A stretch of DNA of 64,000 nt from a bacterium (GTDB taxonomy: Bacteria > Eisenbacteria > RBG-16-71-46), in NCBI GenBank assembly GCA_043779265.1, contig JAYWEM010000001.1, positions 11,554 through 75,553 on the forward strand, written 5' to 3'. The notes under the pieces are model-generated. The model saw nothing but the letters and a program-made list of their open reading frames with translations. It was not told the DNA's origin and made no database searches. The translations under genes and the position numbers were made by a program. Below, piece after piece: positions 1 through 8,736 of this stretch. Numbering within the stretch: position 1 is the stretch's first letter; every line of letters starts with the position of its first letter.

Positions 1-626
1 GATTCCCGCTCGATCCCGACTGGCCGATCATCGGAATGGTGACGCGACTGGTCGAACAGAAGGGGCTCGATCTGATCGAGCAGGCCGAGCAGGCGCTGTG
101 CGCGCTTCCCGCGCGCTTCGTCGTGCTCGGGGTGGGGCAGCCGCGTTACATGCAGTTCCTCCGCCGGCTCGCCGACGAGCGCCCGTGGCAGTGGCACTTC
201 GAGACGGCGCACGATGAGGCCCTGGCGCATCGCATCGAAGCGGGCTCCGACCTCTTCCTCATGCCGTCGCGCTACGAACCGTGCGGGCTGAACCAGCTGT
301 ACTCGCTGCGCTACGGCACGGTGCCGGTCGCGCGCGCCACCGGCGGCCTCGCCGACACGGTGCGCGAGTTCGACCCGGTCTCGCGAGAGGGCAACGGTTT
401 CGTCTTCCACGGCTATGCCGCCGACGAGATGGTGATGGCCCTGCGGCGAGCGCTCGCGGTGCACGCCGAGACCGATCTGTGGCGGGCGCTGCAGCGCCAC
501 GGCATGGAGCGCGACTCGAGCTGGCGTTCAGCGGCGAATCACTACGATCGCCTGTACGACGAGGCCGTCGATCGCGTCGCGAAGGGACGTGTGCCGACGC
601 TCGAGTCGGTGCGCGACACGTTCTAG
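1..626 (+). CDS. glgA: glycogen synthase, C-terminal fragment (5' end lies outside the window)
   Basis: Translation '...PSRYEPCGLNQLYSLRYGTVPVARATGGLADTV...' matches the GT5 glycogen/starch synthase C-terminus. The reading frame is open back to the window edge, so the ATG at 36 is internal. Confidence 0.8.
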   Translation, partial: FPLDPDWPIIGMVTRLVEQKGLDLIEQAEQALCALPARFVVLGVGQPRYMQFLRRLADERPWQWHFETAHDEALAHRIEAGSDLFLMPSRYEPCGLNQLYSLRYGTVPVARATGGLADTVREFDPVSREGNGFVFHGYAADEMVMALRRALAVHAETDLWRALQRHGMERDSSWRSAANHYDRLYDEAVDRVAKGRVPTLESVRDTF

Positions 627-629
627 GCC

Positions 630-1811
630 GTGGACCCCCAGATCTGGCAGCAGCGCCCGCTGTGGGCGATCGCGAGTCTGGCGCCGGTGCTGTTGGGAGT
701 GGTCTGGATGGCGCTTGCGCGCGAACTCCCGCCTCTGGCCAGGCGACCGGCACTGCTGGGCTGGCTGACGTGGACCGCCACGCGTGTCGGCTTCGCTGCA
801 CTCGTCTGGGGCGTATTCGGACACTCGGGGATCGATCAGAACGCCTTCTTCCTGCCGCAGGCTCGGCACGCGCTGGCGGGGGAGTTGCCCTATCGCGATT
901 TCGCGAGCGCCTATGCGCCACTTTTCGCCCCGCTCCTCGCGCTGGCACTGCGGCTCGTGGGCGAGGCCGGCCCGTTCATGCTGTTCCTGCTCGCCGACCT
1001 GATCGCGTGGCGGGCGATCTCGGCCGCCGAGGGCGAGACGAGCGAGGCGAGCTGGGCCTATGTCGCGACGCCGCTGACCTGGTACTTCACCGTGCGCTAC
1101 GGCCAGGATGAGGCGCTCGCAGCGGCGTTCCTGGCGCTCGCGTGGTGGGCGTTGCGTCGCGGCCGAGGCGGTGTGGCGGGGCTCGTGCTCGGGGCCGGAC
1201 TCGTCTTCACCAAGCCGCTCTTCGCGCTTCCCGCTCTGGTGCTAGTGATCGCCGCGGCTCCCCGCGCCCGCATCGCGCTCATCGCGTGGGCGACCGCATT
1301 GAGCGGAGCGGTCTATGGCGCGTTCGTGATGGCGGGCGCCGATGTGCTGCAACCGCTGCGCCTCGAGGGCGCCAGCTTCGGCGTCGGCCCGACGCTGTGG
1401 CGGGTCCCCGTCACGCTGTTCGGCTGGGATGCCGGGCCGATCGGCTGGTTGCCGTTCGGGCTGCTGGCTCTTGTCGGCATCGTGTTGCTCGCGAAGCGCC
1501 ACCGTGACGCAGCGGCTCAGGGCGTCTGGCAATACGGAGCGTTCGCGGCGCTCGCGCCCAAGTGCATGCCGATGTACGTGGCGATGTGGGCACCGCTGCT
1601 GGCGGTCTGGGCCGGTCGGGACGCGGATGCCCGCGGTTGGTGGATCGTTTACGGCGCGCTTCTGCCGCTCGCCTGGGCGCTCGACTCGGGCCCGCTGCAG
1701 GGGATGTTCGGCCCGATGTGGCAGGCGACCGCGGTGCTCGGGTTGACCGGGATCGCGGCACTCGCACTGTGGCCGCTCGTGCACGAAGCCTCGTCGCGCA
1801 CCGCAGCCTGA
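630..1811 (+). CDS. polytopic membrane protein, DUF2029/GT87-like glycosyltransferase
   Basis: About 10 predicted TM helices and a 'YRDF..Y.PL' motif typical of GT87/DUF2029 mannosyltransferase-like proteins. GTG start lies 3 nt after the glgA stop. Confidence 0.5.
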   Translation: MDPQIWQQRPLWAIASLAPVLLGVVWMALARELPPLARRPALLGWLTWTATRVGFAALVWGVFGHSGIDQNAFFLPQARHALAGELPYRDFASAYAPLFAPLLALALRLVGEAGPFMLFLLADLIAWRAISAAEGETSEASWAYVATPLTWYFTVRYGQDEALAAAFLALAWWALRRGRGGVAGLVLGAGLVFTKPLFALPALVLVIAAAPRARIALIAWATALSGAVYGAFVMAGADVLQPLRLEGASFGVGPTLWRVPVTLFGWDAGPIGWLPFGLLALVGIVLLAKRHRDAAAQGVWQYGAFAALAPKCMPMYVAMWAPLLAVWAGRDADARGWWIVYGALLPLAWALDSGPLQGMFGPMWQATAVLGLTGIAALALWPLVHEASSRTAA

Positions 1812-1829
1812 CCCGGCGCGCCACTCGCT

Positions 1830-3035
1830 TCAGTCGGTCTCGAGGAAGGCGGCGTGCAGCGCCCGCGTGGCGTCCTCACAGCGATCGCCCGGCACGCGCA
1901 GGATCATTGCCGAGGGAGCGGTGCGAAGCGCCAGCATCGCGACGCCGGCCTTCTCCAGCGCTCGCACCGCGCGCGTCGCCTCGGGCGAGCCGAGCCCGAG
2001 ACCGATCAGCGAGACGAACGCCGCGCCATGTTCGACCCTGATCGTCCATTCGCCGCCGGGCCCACGGATCTCGCGGAAGCGCGTCTTCAGCTCCTCGCCG
2101 TCCTCGCGGCTGCCGGTCCACACGAGCGCGCCATGCGTCGGCGTGACCTGCTCGTGCGCCACCAGGTGCAGCGCGGGGAAGGCCTCGTGCACGCTCTCGA
2201 CGATGCCGCGCGATTCAGCGACGCCGCCGGCGTTGCCCTCGGCCACCACCACGCAGACGTCGGATTGGTGCGCGACGGCCTCGACTCTCGGTTGCTCCAT
2301 GGTCTCCTCCACGATCTCGGTACCCGGATGGTCGTTGAATGCGCTCCGGACGGCCAGCGGCACGCGTTCGCGAGCCGCCAGATCGACGCAGCGCGCGTGC
2401 AGGACGCGGCCACCCAGGCGAGCGAGTGCAGCACAGGCCGCGAAGGATAGGCGCGGGATGACGCGGGCCGCCGGGACGACGGCGGGATCGGCGGTGAACA
2501 CGCCATCGACATCGGTGTGGATCTCGCAGCGCGCAGGCGCCAGGGCGGCCGCGAGCGCCACCGCCGTGGTGTCCGAGCCGCCTCGGCCGAGCGTGGTGAT
2601 CTCCTTGCTGACCGGGCTGACCCCCTGGAAGCCGGCGACGATCACCACCTTGCCGCGCTCGAGTGCCGCGCGGATCCTCTCCGGCCGCACCTCGATGATC
2701 CGCGCATGCGAGTGCGAGTCGTCGGTCAGGATGCCGCTCTGCGATCCGGTGAACGAGATCGCCTCGACCGAGAGGTCGTGCAGCGCCATCGCCGTCAGCG
2801 CCATCGACACACGCTCGCCGGTCGAGATCAGCATGTCCAGTTCGCGCCGGGACGGCGAGGGCGAGACCTGTCTGGCCAGCGCGATCAGGTCGTCGGTGGT
2901 ATCGCCCATGGCCGAGACCACAACCACGATCGAGTGGCCGGCGGCGCGGGCATCGGCGATGCGGCGGGCGACGGCGCGGATGCGATCGGGACCGTTGACC
3001 GAGGTGCCGCCGAACTTCTGGACGAGAGTGGCCAT
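1830..3035 (-). CDS. lysC: aspartate kinase
   Basis: N-terminus '[13 protein letters not shown]' plus '[13 protein letters not shown]' and C-terminal ACT-type regions; canonical aspartokinase over its full length. Confidence 0.9.
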   Translation of the reverse strand: MATLVQKFGGTSVNGPDRIRAVARRIADARAAGHSIVVVVSAMGDTTDDLIALARQVSPSPSRRELDMLISTGERVSMALTAMALHDLSVEAISFTGSQSGILTDDSHSHARIIEVRPERIRAALERGKVVIVAGFQGVSPVSKEITTLGRGGSDTTAVALAAALAPARCEIHTDVDGVFTADPAVVPAARVIPRLSFAACAALARLGGRVLHARCVDLAARERVPLAVRSAFNDHPGTEIVEETMEQPRVEAVAHQSDVCVVVAEGNAGGVAESRGIVESVHEAFPALHLVAHEQVTPTHGALVWTGSREDGEELKTRFREIRGPGGEWTIRVEHGAAFVSLIGLGLGSPEATRAVRALEKAGVAMLALRTAPSAMILRVPGDRCEDATRALHAAFLETD

Positions 3036-3145
3036 GGGGCGCCTTTGTACACGCTTCGCGCCGCCGGCGCACGTTCGGCGCCTCTCGGTCCGCTGCTTGA
3101 CGCACCCGCGGCCGGCCGACTACATTCCTCGCCGCTTTCCTGTAT

Positions 3146-3222
3146 GCGGAAGTAGCTCAGCCCGGTAGAGCATCACCTTGCCAAGGTGAGGGTCGGGGGT
3201 TCGAATCCCCTCTTCCGCTCCA
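3146..3222 (+). tRNA. tRNA-Gly (anticodon GCC)
   Basis: Cloverleaf drawn by hand: acceptor GCGGAAG/CTTCCGC, D-arm GCTC-AGCCCGGTA-GAGC, anticodon stem TCACC/GGTGA with loop TTGCCAA (anticodon GCC), T-arm GGGGG-TTCGAAT-CCCCT, discriminator T, encoded CCA. Confidence 0.9.
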
Positions 3223-3282
3223 TAATGTGCGGGGTCGGCCCTCCAGTCGGCCCCGTGCCTTTTTCCCCAAGCGGAGCTCTTC

Positions 3283-3852
3283 ATGGCCCTGCCGCCCGGA
3301 GCCGATCGCGCCGCCATCGCCCGAGCCGTCGAGGGCTTGCTGGCCGCTTGTGGGCTGTCCGCCGCTGACGAGCCCCACCTCGCGCGCACACCCGAACGGG
3401 TCGCCGGCCTCTATGCCGAGGTGCTGGCGGGGCATGACCCGGCCACCGAGCCCGAACTCGCAACCTTCCCGCACGCGGGCGAGGGTGATCTGGTGCTGCT
3501 GCGCGACGTGACGTTCCACTCGATCTGCGTCCACCACCTGGTGCCGTTCTTCGGGCGGGCGCTGATCGCCTACCTGCCGGGCGATCGCATCATCGGACTC
3601 TCCGGGATGGCGCGACTGCTCGAACGCTATGCCCGCCGGGTTCAGCTCCAGGAGCGGCTGGGGCAGCAAGTGGCCGAACATCTCGAGCGTTTGGTCGCAC
3701 CGCGCGGACTCGCCGTGATCCTCGAGGCGAGGCATCTCTGCATGGAGATGCGCGGCATTCGCAAGGCCGGCCTCGTCGAGACGCGGATCGTCCGGGGGGA
3801 ACTCGCCGAGCCGCGCTGGGCGGAGTCACTTCGCCTCTCGCGCGAGGGCTGA
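3283..3852 (+). CDS. folE: GTP cyclohydrolase I
   Basis: Motifs '...FHSICVHHLVPFFG...' and 'RLQVQERL' are FolE signatures; length 189 aa. Confidence 0.9.
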   Translation: MALPPGADRAAIARAVEGLLAACGLSAADEPHLARTPERVAGLYAEVLAGHDPATEPELATFPHAGEGDLVLLRDVTFHSICVHHLVPFFGRALIAYLPGDRIIGLSGMARLLERYARRVQLQERLGQQVAEHLERLVAPRGLAVILEARHLCMEMRGIRKAGLVETRIVRGELAEPRWAESLRLSREG

Positions 3853-3862
3853 AGTCCACTGC

Positions 3863-4624
3863 ATGAGAGCCGCCCGCGTCAGTGCGATCATCGTGACGTG
3901 CGATCGGCCCACCCTCTTGGCGGACGCGCTTCGCTCGGTGGCGGCGCAGAGCCTGCGGCCGATCGAGGTCCGGTTGGCCGACGACGGCGATGTCCCCGCG
4001 CTCGACTCCCTGTCCGACCTGCCCCTGCTCGAACTGACGGCGTGCCTCGTTCGCGCCGGGCAGGCCGCGGCCGCACGCAACGAGGCTGCGAGCGGGGCGA
4101 GCGGCGACGTGCTGGCATTCCTCGATGACGACGATCGCTGGCGCCCGGATCATCTGGCGGGGCTCGTCCCGGCGTTCGAGGACCCCGAGGTCGGGCTCGC
4201 GTGGCGCGACAGCGTCGTGATCCGCGAGCGCATCGACGAGGACGGGAGCCGCAACGAGATCGAGCGCGCCACGATCGCGCGCGACTGGGATGATGCGCTC
4301 ATGCGCACCGATGACTACCTGCCGCCTTCGAGCTTCGCCATCCGGCGCAGCGTGTTCGAGTCGCTCGGAGGATTCGACACCTCGTTTCGCTATAGCGAGG
4401 ACTGGGACCTCGTGCTGCGCGTCGCGGCCGTCTCCCGCGTGCGGCGCATGCCGGGCGTGGGCGCGGAGGTGCGCCTGAGAGAACAGGGCAACGCCTCCGC
4501 CACGAGAGATGCCGAGCGTCTCGACTGTCTGGCGCGTCTCTCGGCACGGCATGGCCTTCCGACGCTCTCGCCCAAGACGTTCTGGGAGGTGGCGCAGGCC
4601 GTGGCCAAGGCGCCGCCCGCATGA
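3863..4624 (+). CDS. family 2 glycosyltransferase
   Basis: N-terminal 'VSAIIVTCDRP' and a 'DDD' motif are typical of a GT2 catalytic domain. Confidence 0.75.
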   Translation: MRAARVSAIIVTCDRPTLLADALRSVAAQSLRPIEVRLADDGDVPALDSLSDLPLLELTACLVRAGQAAAARNEAASGASGDVLAFLDDDDRWRPDHLAGLVPAFEDPEVGLAWRDSVVIRERIDEDGSRNEIERATIARDWDDALMRTDDYLPPSSFAIRRSVFESLGGFDTSFRYSEDWDLVLRVAAVSRVRRMPGVGAEVRLREQGNASATRDAERLDCLARLSARHGLPTLSPKTFWEVAQAVAKAPPA

Positions 4625-5547
4625 TCCGGCCCGAGCTGGCGATCATCGGTGCCGGCCCCGCAGGCGTCTCGGCCGCGCTCTGGGCGCGCGGTCTGTCGCT
4701 CAGCGCCCGGCTGATCGAACGAGGCGATGGCCCGGGCGGCCAACTGCACATGGTGCACTTCCGTCCGCGCGACGTGGCGGGTGTGATGGGTGTGGATGGT
4801 CCCGGACTCGCTCGACGCTACCGCGAGCAGTTGGAGGAAGCGGGTGTCGATGTGACCTGCGGCGCATCCGCCGTCTCGCTCGAACCGGCGGCGGACGCGA
4901 CCTCGCTGCCGGCGGTCCGCCTCTCCGATGGCACACGTCTCGAGTCCGCGGCCGTGCTCATCGCGACCGGAGCCAGGAGGCGACGGCTCGATGCGGTGGG
5001 TGCCGAAGCGTACCGGGGGCGCGGGGTCTCGTATTCGGCGACGCGCGATCGCGCGCTTCTCGCCGGGCGCGATGTGACGGTGGTGGGCGGGGGGGATGCG
5101 GCGTTCGAGAATGCGCTCAATCTCGCGGCGCTCGGTTGCTCGGTGCGGATCCTCTCGAGAGGCGTTCCTCGCGCCCGCCCGGATTTCCGCAGCCGCGTCG
5201 CCTCGGAGCCGAGCATCCAAGTCGAGGAGGGCGTGCGTGTGCTGGAGGTCTCGGGCAGCGGCCGCGTCGAGCGGCTGCGGATCGCGGACCCTCGGGGCGA
5301 GCGCGAGATCGCATGCGAGGCGCTGGTGGTCAAGATCGGCGTCATCCCCAACAGCGAATGGTGCCGAGAGGCAGTGGCCGTGAATGCGACGGGCACCATC
5401 CGGATCGACGCACGGTTCGCCACCTCGGCCGAGCGCATCTGGGCGGCGGGCGACGTGGCGGGGCCGCTCCTGCCCAGCATCCCGGTGGCGATGGCGCAGG
5501 GCGCCCAGGCGGTCGCCGTGATCCGTGAGAGGCTCCACGGTCACTGA
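4621..5547 (+). CDS. FAD/NAD(P)-binding pyridine nucleotide-disulfide oxidoreductase (thioredoxin-reductase-like)
   Basis: Two Rossmann dinucleotide motifs ('IIGAGPAG', 'VVGGGDAAFE') and a C-terminal 'AAGDVAG'. Overlaps the upstream GT2 gene by ATGA. Confidence 0.7.
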   Translation: MIRPELAIIGAGPAGVSAALWARGLSLSARLIERGDGPGGQLHMVHFRPRDVAGVMGVDGPGLARRYREQLEEAGVDVTCGASAVSLEPAADATSLPAVRLSDGTRLESAAVLIATGARRRRLDAVGAEAYRGRGVSYSATRDRALLAGRDVTVVGGGDAAFENALNLAALGCSVRILSRGVPRARPDFRSRVASEPSIQVEEGVRVLEVSGSGRVERLRIADPRGEREIACEALVVKIGVIPNSEWCREAVAVNATGTIRIDARFATSAERIWAAGDVAGPLLPSIPVAMAQGAQAVAVIRERLHGH

Positions 5548-5585
5548 GTGTCGGCGCGCGAGCGTCGCCTCATCCCTTATCCCGG

Positions 5586-6695
5586 ATGACGTTCGATCTG
5601 GCGTTGCGCCCGCCCCCGCGAACGTGCAGGGCAGTCGCGATCGGGCCGATGACCCAAGTGGCCCCGGCCACTCCACCGACCTGTCCGCACCCGCCCGGGA
5701 GAAGCATGGCGCAAGCCGCATCCATCCCCCCGAACTTCACGCCATCGCTCGCGCTCATCCGCGTGTGCGGGGTTCTGCTCGTGGCCGCTCCGTTCACAGC
5801 CGCGGCGATGGGAGGCCCTGCAGCGATCTGGGTCGCAACGGCGATGACGGGCTCGCTGCTGCTCCTGGCGTTCGTGCTCGCCGGTCGTGAGCGATCGAAC
5901 GCCTCGAGATGGTGCTCTTCGGTCGACCGCCTCGTGTTCGCCGGCATCGCGTTGAGCGTGCTGCAGGTGATCGACCGCAACGGCTCCGTGGAATCCTCGG
6001 CGTGGTTGCGGCAGATCCTCGCGTGCGGGCTCGGATTCTATTCACTGCTCGCCTTGGCGCGGCGGACGCCCGGTGCGAGTGACGCCCTGTGGGGTGTCTT
6101 CGGGCTCGCCTCGTTCGGATTGGGGCTGCATGCGATGTGGGCGAGCACCGGCGGGCTCGATCGACTCGTCGCGTGGTCAGCGGAAGCCGATCGAGCGTGG
6201 GCGAGTCAGTTCGGACTCGGCAAGGTGATGCTCGTCACGACGCTCATGACGGCCGGCCGCGCGCGCGAACCGGGTGCCAGCGCGGCTTGGCGTGTGGCAG
6301 TACTGGCCGGAGGACTCGGCACTCTGCTGCATGCCTCGGTCGGGGGGCTGGGCCTGGGCTCCCAGGCGCTCGCACTGCTCGAACAACCGCTCTATTTCAG
6401 CGTCACGATCGTGGCGCTGCTGCTCATCGCCTCCTTGGCGAAGCGGGCCTGGACGTTGCGTCGAGAGCGCCACCAGGAGGCCTGGAGATGGCGCGGACTG
6501 GGCCTCGCGTTCATGGCGGTCGGCGCGATCGCGGCATTGGGTGGCGCCTCGGGTGGCGAGTCGCTGCGCATCCTCGTCACGCTGGCCGCGGTCACCACGC
6601 TCGTCGCGGCCGAGGAGCCAGTGGCCGAGGCGGCCGCATCGATCGCGTCGCTCGAGTCGCCCACCGCGAACCCGGAGCAGCGCCGGGCCGCCTGA
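5586..6695 (+). CDS. hypothetical polytopic membrane protein (possibly O-antigen ligase/polymerase-like)
   Basis: Multiple hydrophobic helices. Start is uncertain; an alternative ATG ('MAQAAS') lies near 5706. No confident family assignment. Confidence 0.4.
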   Translation: MTFDLALRPPPRTCRAVAIGPMTQVAPATPPTCPHPPGRSMAQAASIPPNFTPSLALIRVCGVLLVAAPFTAAAMGGPAAIWVATAMTGSLLLLAFVLAGRERSNASRWCSSVDRLVFAGIALSVLQVIDRNGSVESSAWLRQILACGLGFYSLLALARRTPGASDALWGVFGLASFGLGLHAMWASTGGLDRLVAWSAEADRAWASQFGLGKVMLVTTLMTAGRAREPGASAAWRVAVLAGGLGTLLHASVGGLGLGSQALALLEQPLYFSVTIVALLLIASLAKRAWTLRRERHQEAWRWRGLGLAFMAVGAIAALGGASGGESLRILVTLAAVTTLVAAEEPVAEAAASIASLESPTANPEQRRAA

Positions 6696-6709
6696 TCGGG
6701 CATGCGAAC

Positions 6710-6736
6710 GGGGCGACGCCTCGTCGGCATCGCCCC
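6710..6736. terminator. GC hairpin between convergent genes
   Basis: GGGGCGA-N13-TCGCCCC inverted repeat lying between the stop of the plus-strand membrane protein and the stop of the minus-strand SPFH gene. Coordinates approximate. Confidence 0.35.
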
Positions 6737-6759
6737 GCTGCGATTCGTACGGTTCTCGC

Positions 6760-7635
6760 CTAGCCGCGCTTGACCGGCAGCACCGCCTTGTCGTCGAGCC
6801 CGAGCACGTTGAGGAAGTCCGAGTTGGCCGGAACGACGAACTTGGTCTGCTGCGCCAGCACGTCGCGCAGCACGTCGAGCCGCTTGCTGACCTCGGCGCG
6901 TTCCTGGAAGTGCTTCTCGGCGGCGTTCGAGACCAGCTCGATCGCCGTCGCCTCGGCCGTGGCGCGCAGCACCTTGGCCTGCGCTTCGCCCTCGGCCCGC
7001 AGGATTTCGGACTGCTTGACGCCCTCGGACTGCAGGATCTGCGACTGCTTGAAACCCTCGGCCTCCAGGATCGAGGCGCGCTTGTCGCGTTCGGCCTTCA
7101 TCTGGCGCGACATCGCCTCGGTGATGTCGGCGGGCGGATCGATCTTCTGCACTTCGACACGTGTGATCCTGACACCCCAGCCGTTGGTGGCCTCATCGAG
7201 CACCAGGCGCAGGTTCGAGTTGATCAGGTCACGGGCCGTGAGTGTCTCATCGAGCGCCTTGTCGCCGATCAGGTTACGCAGGTTCGTCTGCGCCAGTGTG
7301 GTGGCCGCGTACGCGAAGTCCTGCACCTCGAACGTGGACTTCACCGGATCACTGATGCGGTAGTAGATGACCGCATCGACGGTGACCGAGACGTTGTCCT
7401 TGGTGATCACCTTCTGGGGCTCGACGTTGATGACACGCTCGCGCATGTCCACTTTGATCATGTCCTCGATGACCGGCACCAGGAACGTCAGACCGGAATC
7501 CACCGTGTTGCGATAGCGCCCGAGTCGCAGCACCAGGCCCTTCTCGTACTGGGCCACGATACGGGCGGAACGCGCCAATGAGACCAGCGCGATGAAGATG
7601 AGCAGCATCATCAGAACGGACAGCAGACCTTCCAT
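6760..7635 (-). CDS. SPFH/band-7 (stomatin/prohibitin-like) protein
   Basis: N-terminal TM helix, then '[16 protein letters not shown]' and 'VEVQKIDPP', a coiled-coil region; typical stomatin-family protein. Confidence 0.85.
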   Translation of the reverse strand: MEGLLSVLMMLLIFIALVSLARSARIVAQYEKGLVLRLGRYRNTVDSGLTFLVPVIEDMIKVDMRERVINVEPQKVITKDNVSVTVDAVIYYRISDPVKSTFEVQDFAYAATTLAQTNLRNLIGDKALDETLTARDLINSNLRLVLDEATNGWGVRITRVEVQKIDPPADITEAMSRQMKAERDKRASILEAEGFKQSQILQSEGVKQSEILRAEGEAQAKVLRATAEATAIELVSNAAEKHFQERAEVSKRLDVLRDVLAQQTKFVVPANSDFLNVLGLDDKAVLPVKRG

Positions 7636-7638
7636 GGA

Positions 7639-8082
7639 TCACCTCACCTGAAGCGTGACGCCGTCGACACCGGCAATGGAGACCACCACCCCGGGTTCGA
7701 ACGGACCTTTGGCGTCGGGCGCTGGCGTCGCACGCCACACCTCGTCGCCGACTTTGACCATTCCCGCCTCATGCTCGCCGATACGGGCCTCGACCATCGC
7801 CTGGCGGCCGATCAGGGCGTCCATGTTGCTCGCCGTGTGCTCCGCGGGCCTCAGATGGTCCCGGAGGTATCGCCGACCGATGACGATGTAGGCGACACAG
7901 AGCGCAGCCGTCGTGAGACCGCCGACGACCGGATTGCCCACCAGCAGGCCGACCGCGCCTCCGGCGACGAATGTGGAACCGACCAGCACGAGATCGAATC
8001 CGGCGAAGCCGCCGAGCATCACCTCGAGCAGGATCATGACCGCACCGAGGATGACCAGTGCCCATCCCCAATCGAAATCCAT
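7639..8082 (-). CDS. NfeD-family membrane protein (stomatin operon partner)
   Basis: N-terminal TM helices plus a C-terminal OB-fold-like segment ('GMVKVGDEVWRA'); sits immediately upstream of the SPFH gene in the classic NfeD-stomatin arrangement. Confidence 0.8.
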   Translation of the reverse strand: MDFDWGWALVILGAVMILLEVMLGGFAGFDLVLVGSTFVAGGAVGLLVGNPVVGGLTTAALCVAYIVIGRRYLRDHLRPAEHTASNMDALIGRQAMVEARIGEHEAGMVKVGDEVWRATPAPDAKGPFEPGVVVSIAGVDGVTLQVR

Positions 8083-8289
8083 GGCTGCCTCCTGCCGCGG
8101 GGGAGAGACCGCAGCGGGGCGACTCTATCAGTCGTGGGCGCAGGCACAACCGGGGGCTCAAGCTCCGGCGGGAGCCGCCGAGACTTCTGGGGGACCGCAA
8201 GCCCGAGCCGGAGCGCTCGGGTCTGCCGCCTTCCGGCGAGTGCCGGTCGGCAACGCCACCCCCGCACGCCCGCGTGGAGAGCCCATCCG

Positions 8290-8649
8290 ATGCAGATCGA
8301 GGATCGTCACGAGGGCCCCGTGCTCATCGTCAAGCCGATGGAGCCGGCGCTCGACGCCTATGCCGCCGGCAGCTTCCGCGACCACATGGCCGGGCACATC
8401 CAGAGCGGAGATCGCCGCATCGTGCTCGACCTGTCGCAGATCCAGTTCCTCGACAGCACCGGTCTCGGCGCCATCGTGTCGAGCTACAAGCGACTCGAGG
8501 GTGACGGCACCGTGGTGATCTGCCACGCCGGCGAGATGGTGATGGATGTTTTCCGACTGACGCGCATGGACCGGGTATTCCCGATCGTCCGCAGCGAGAC
8601 CGAAGCGGTGAGCCAGGCTGGCCGCTACGAGATCCGCCGCGCCGCCTGA
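8290..8649 (+). CDS. STAS-domain anti-sigma-factor antagonist (SpoIIAA/RsbV-like)
   Basis: 'RIVLDLSQIQFLDSTGLGAIVSSYKRL' places the conserved phosphorylatable Ser/Thr within the DSTG motif. Real start is the ATG at 8290 inside a longer track ORF. Confidence 0.8.
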   Translation: MQIEDRHEGPVLIVKPMEPALDAYAAGSFRDHMAGHIQSGDRRIVLDLSQIQFLDSTGLGAIVSSYKRLEGDGTVVICHAGEMVMDVFRLTRMDRVFPIVRSETEAVSQAGRYEIRRAA

Positions 8650-8736
8650 CCCACGCTTCCCCCGAAGCCACGAGCGCCCGCGCTCCCGAGAGGGAGGCGC
8701 GGGCGCTCTTCGTTGCGATCGGGTGGCTTCGTTCGC

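Noticed and set aside
3036-3145. Possible lysine riboswitch (L-box) in the lysC leader, where 'AGAGGCGCCGAAC' resembles the L-box 5' P1 sequence
   Set aside because: Only ~110 nt lie between the lysC start codon and the oppositely oriented tRNA-Gly. That is too short for a ~170–180-nt L-box, and the other conserved L-box helices could not be traced by eye.
1867-3168. 433-aa plus-strand ORF, and similar long ORFs on the opposite strand of many genes (e.g. 9244..10194+, 17073..18185-, 18469..20427+, 20452..22020+, 59876..62227-, 62065..63906-)
   Set aside because: They lie antisense to well-supported genes (lysC, the giant surface protein, DUF4301, glgX, the amylase, fliR/flhB/flhA). Their composition is Arg/Ala/Pro-rich low-complexity, typical of stop-poor frames in ~70% GC DNA. 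No domain motifs were recognised.
8290-8649. The track's 292-aa ORF 7771..8649 as the STAS protein
   Set aside because: The N-terminal 170 aa overlap the NfeD gene antisense and are low-complexity. The STAS domain begins at the internal ATG 8290, which has its own upstream spacer.
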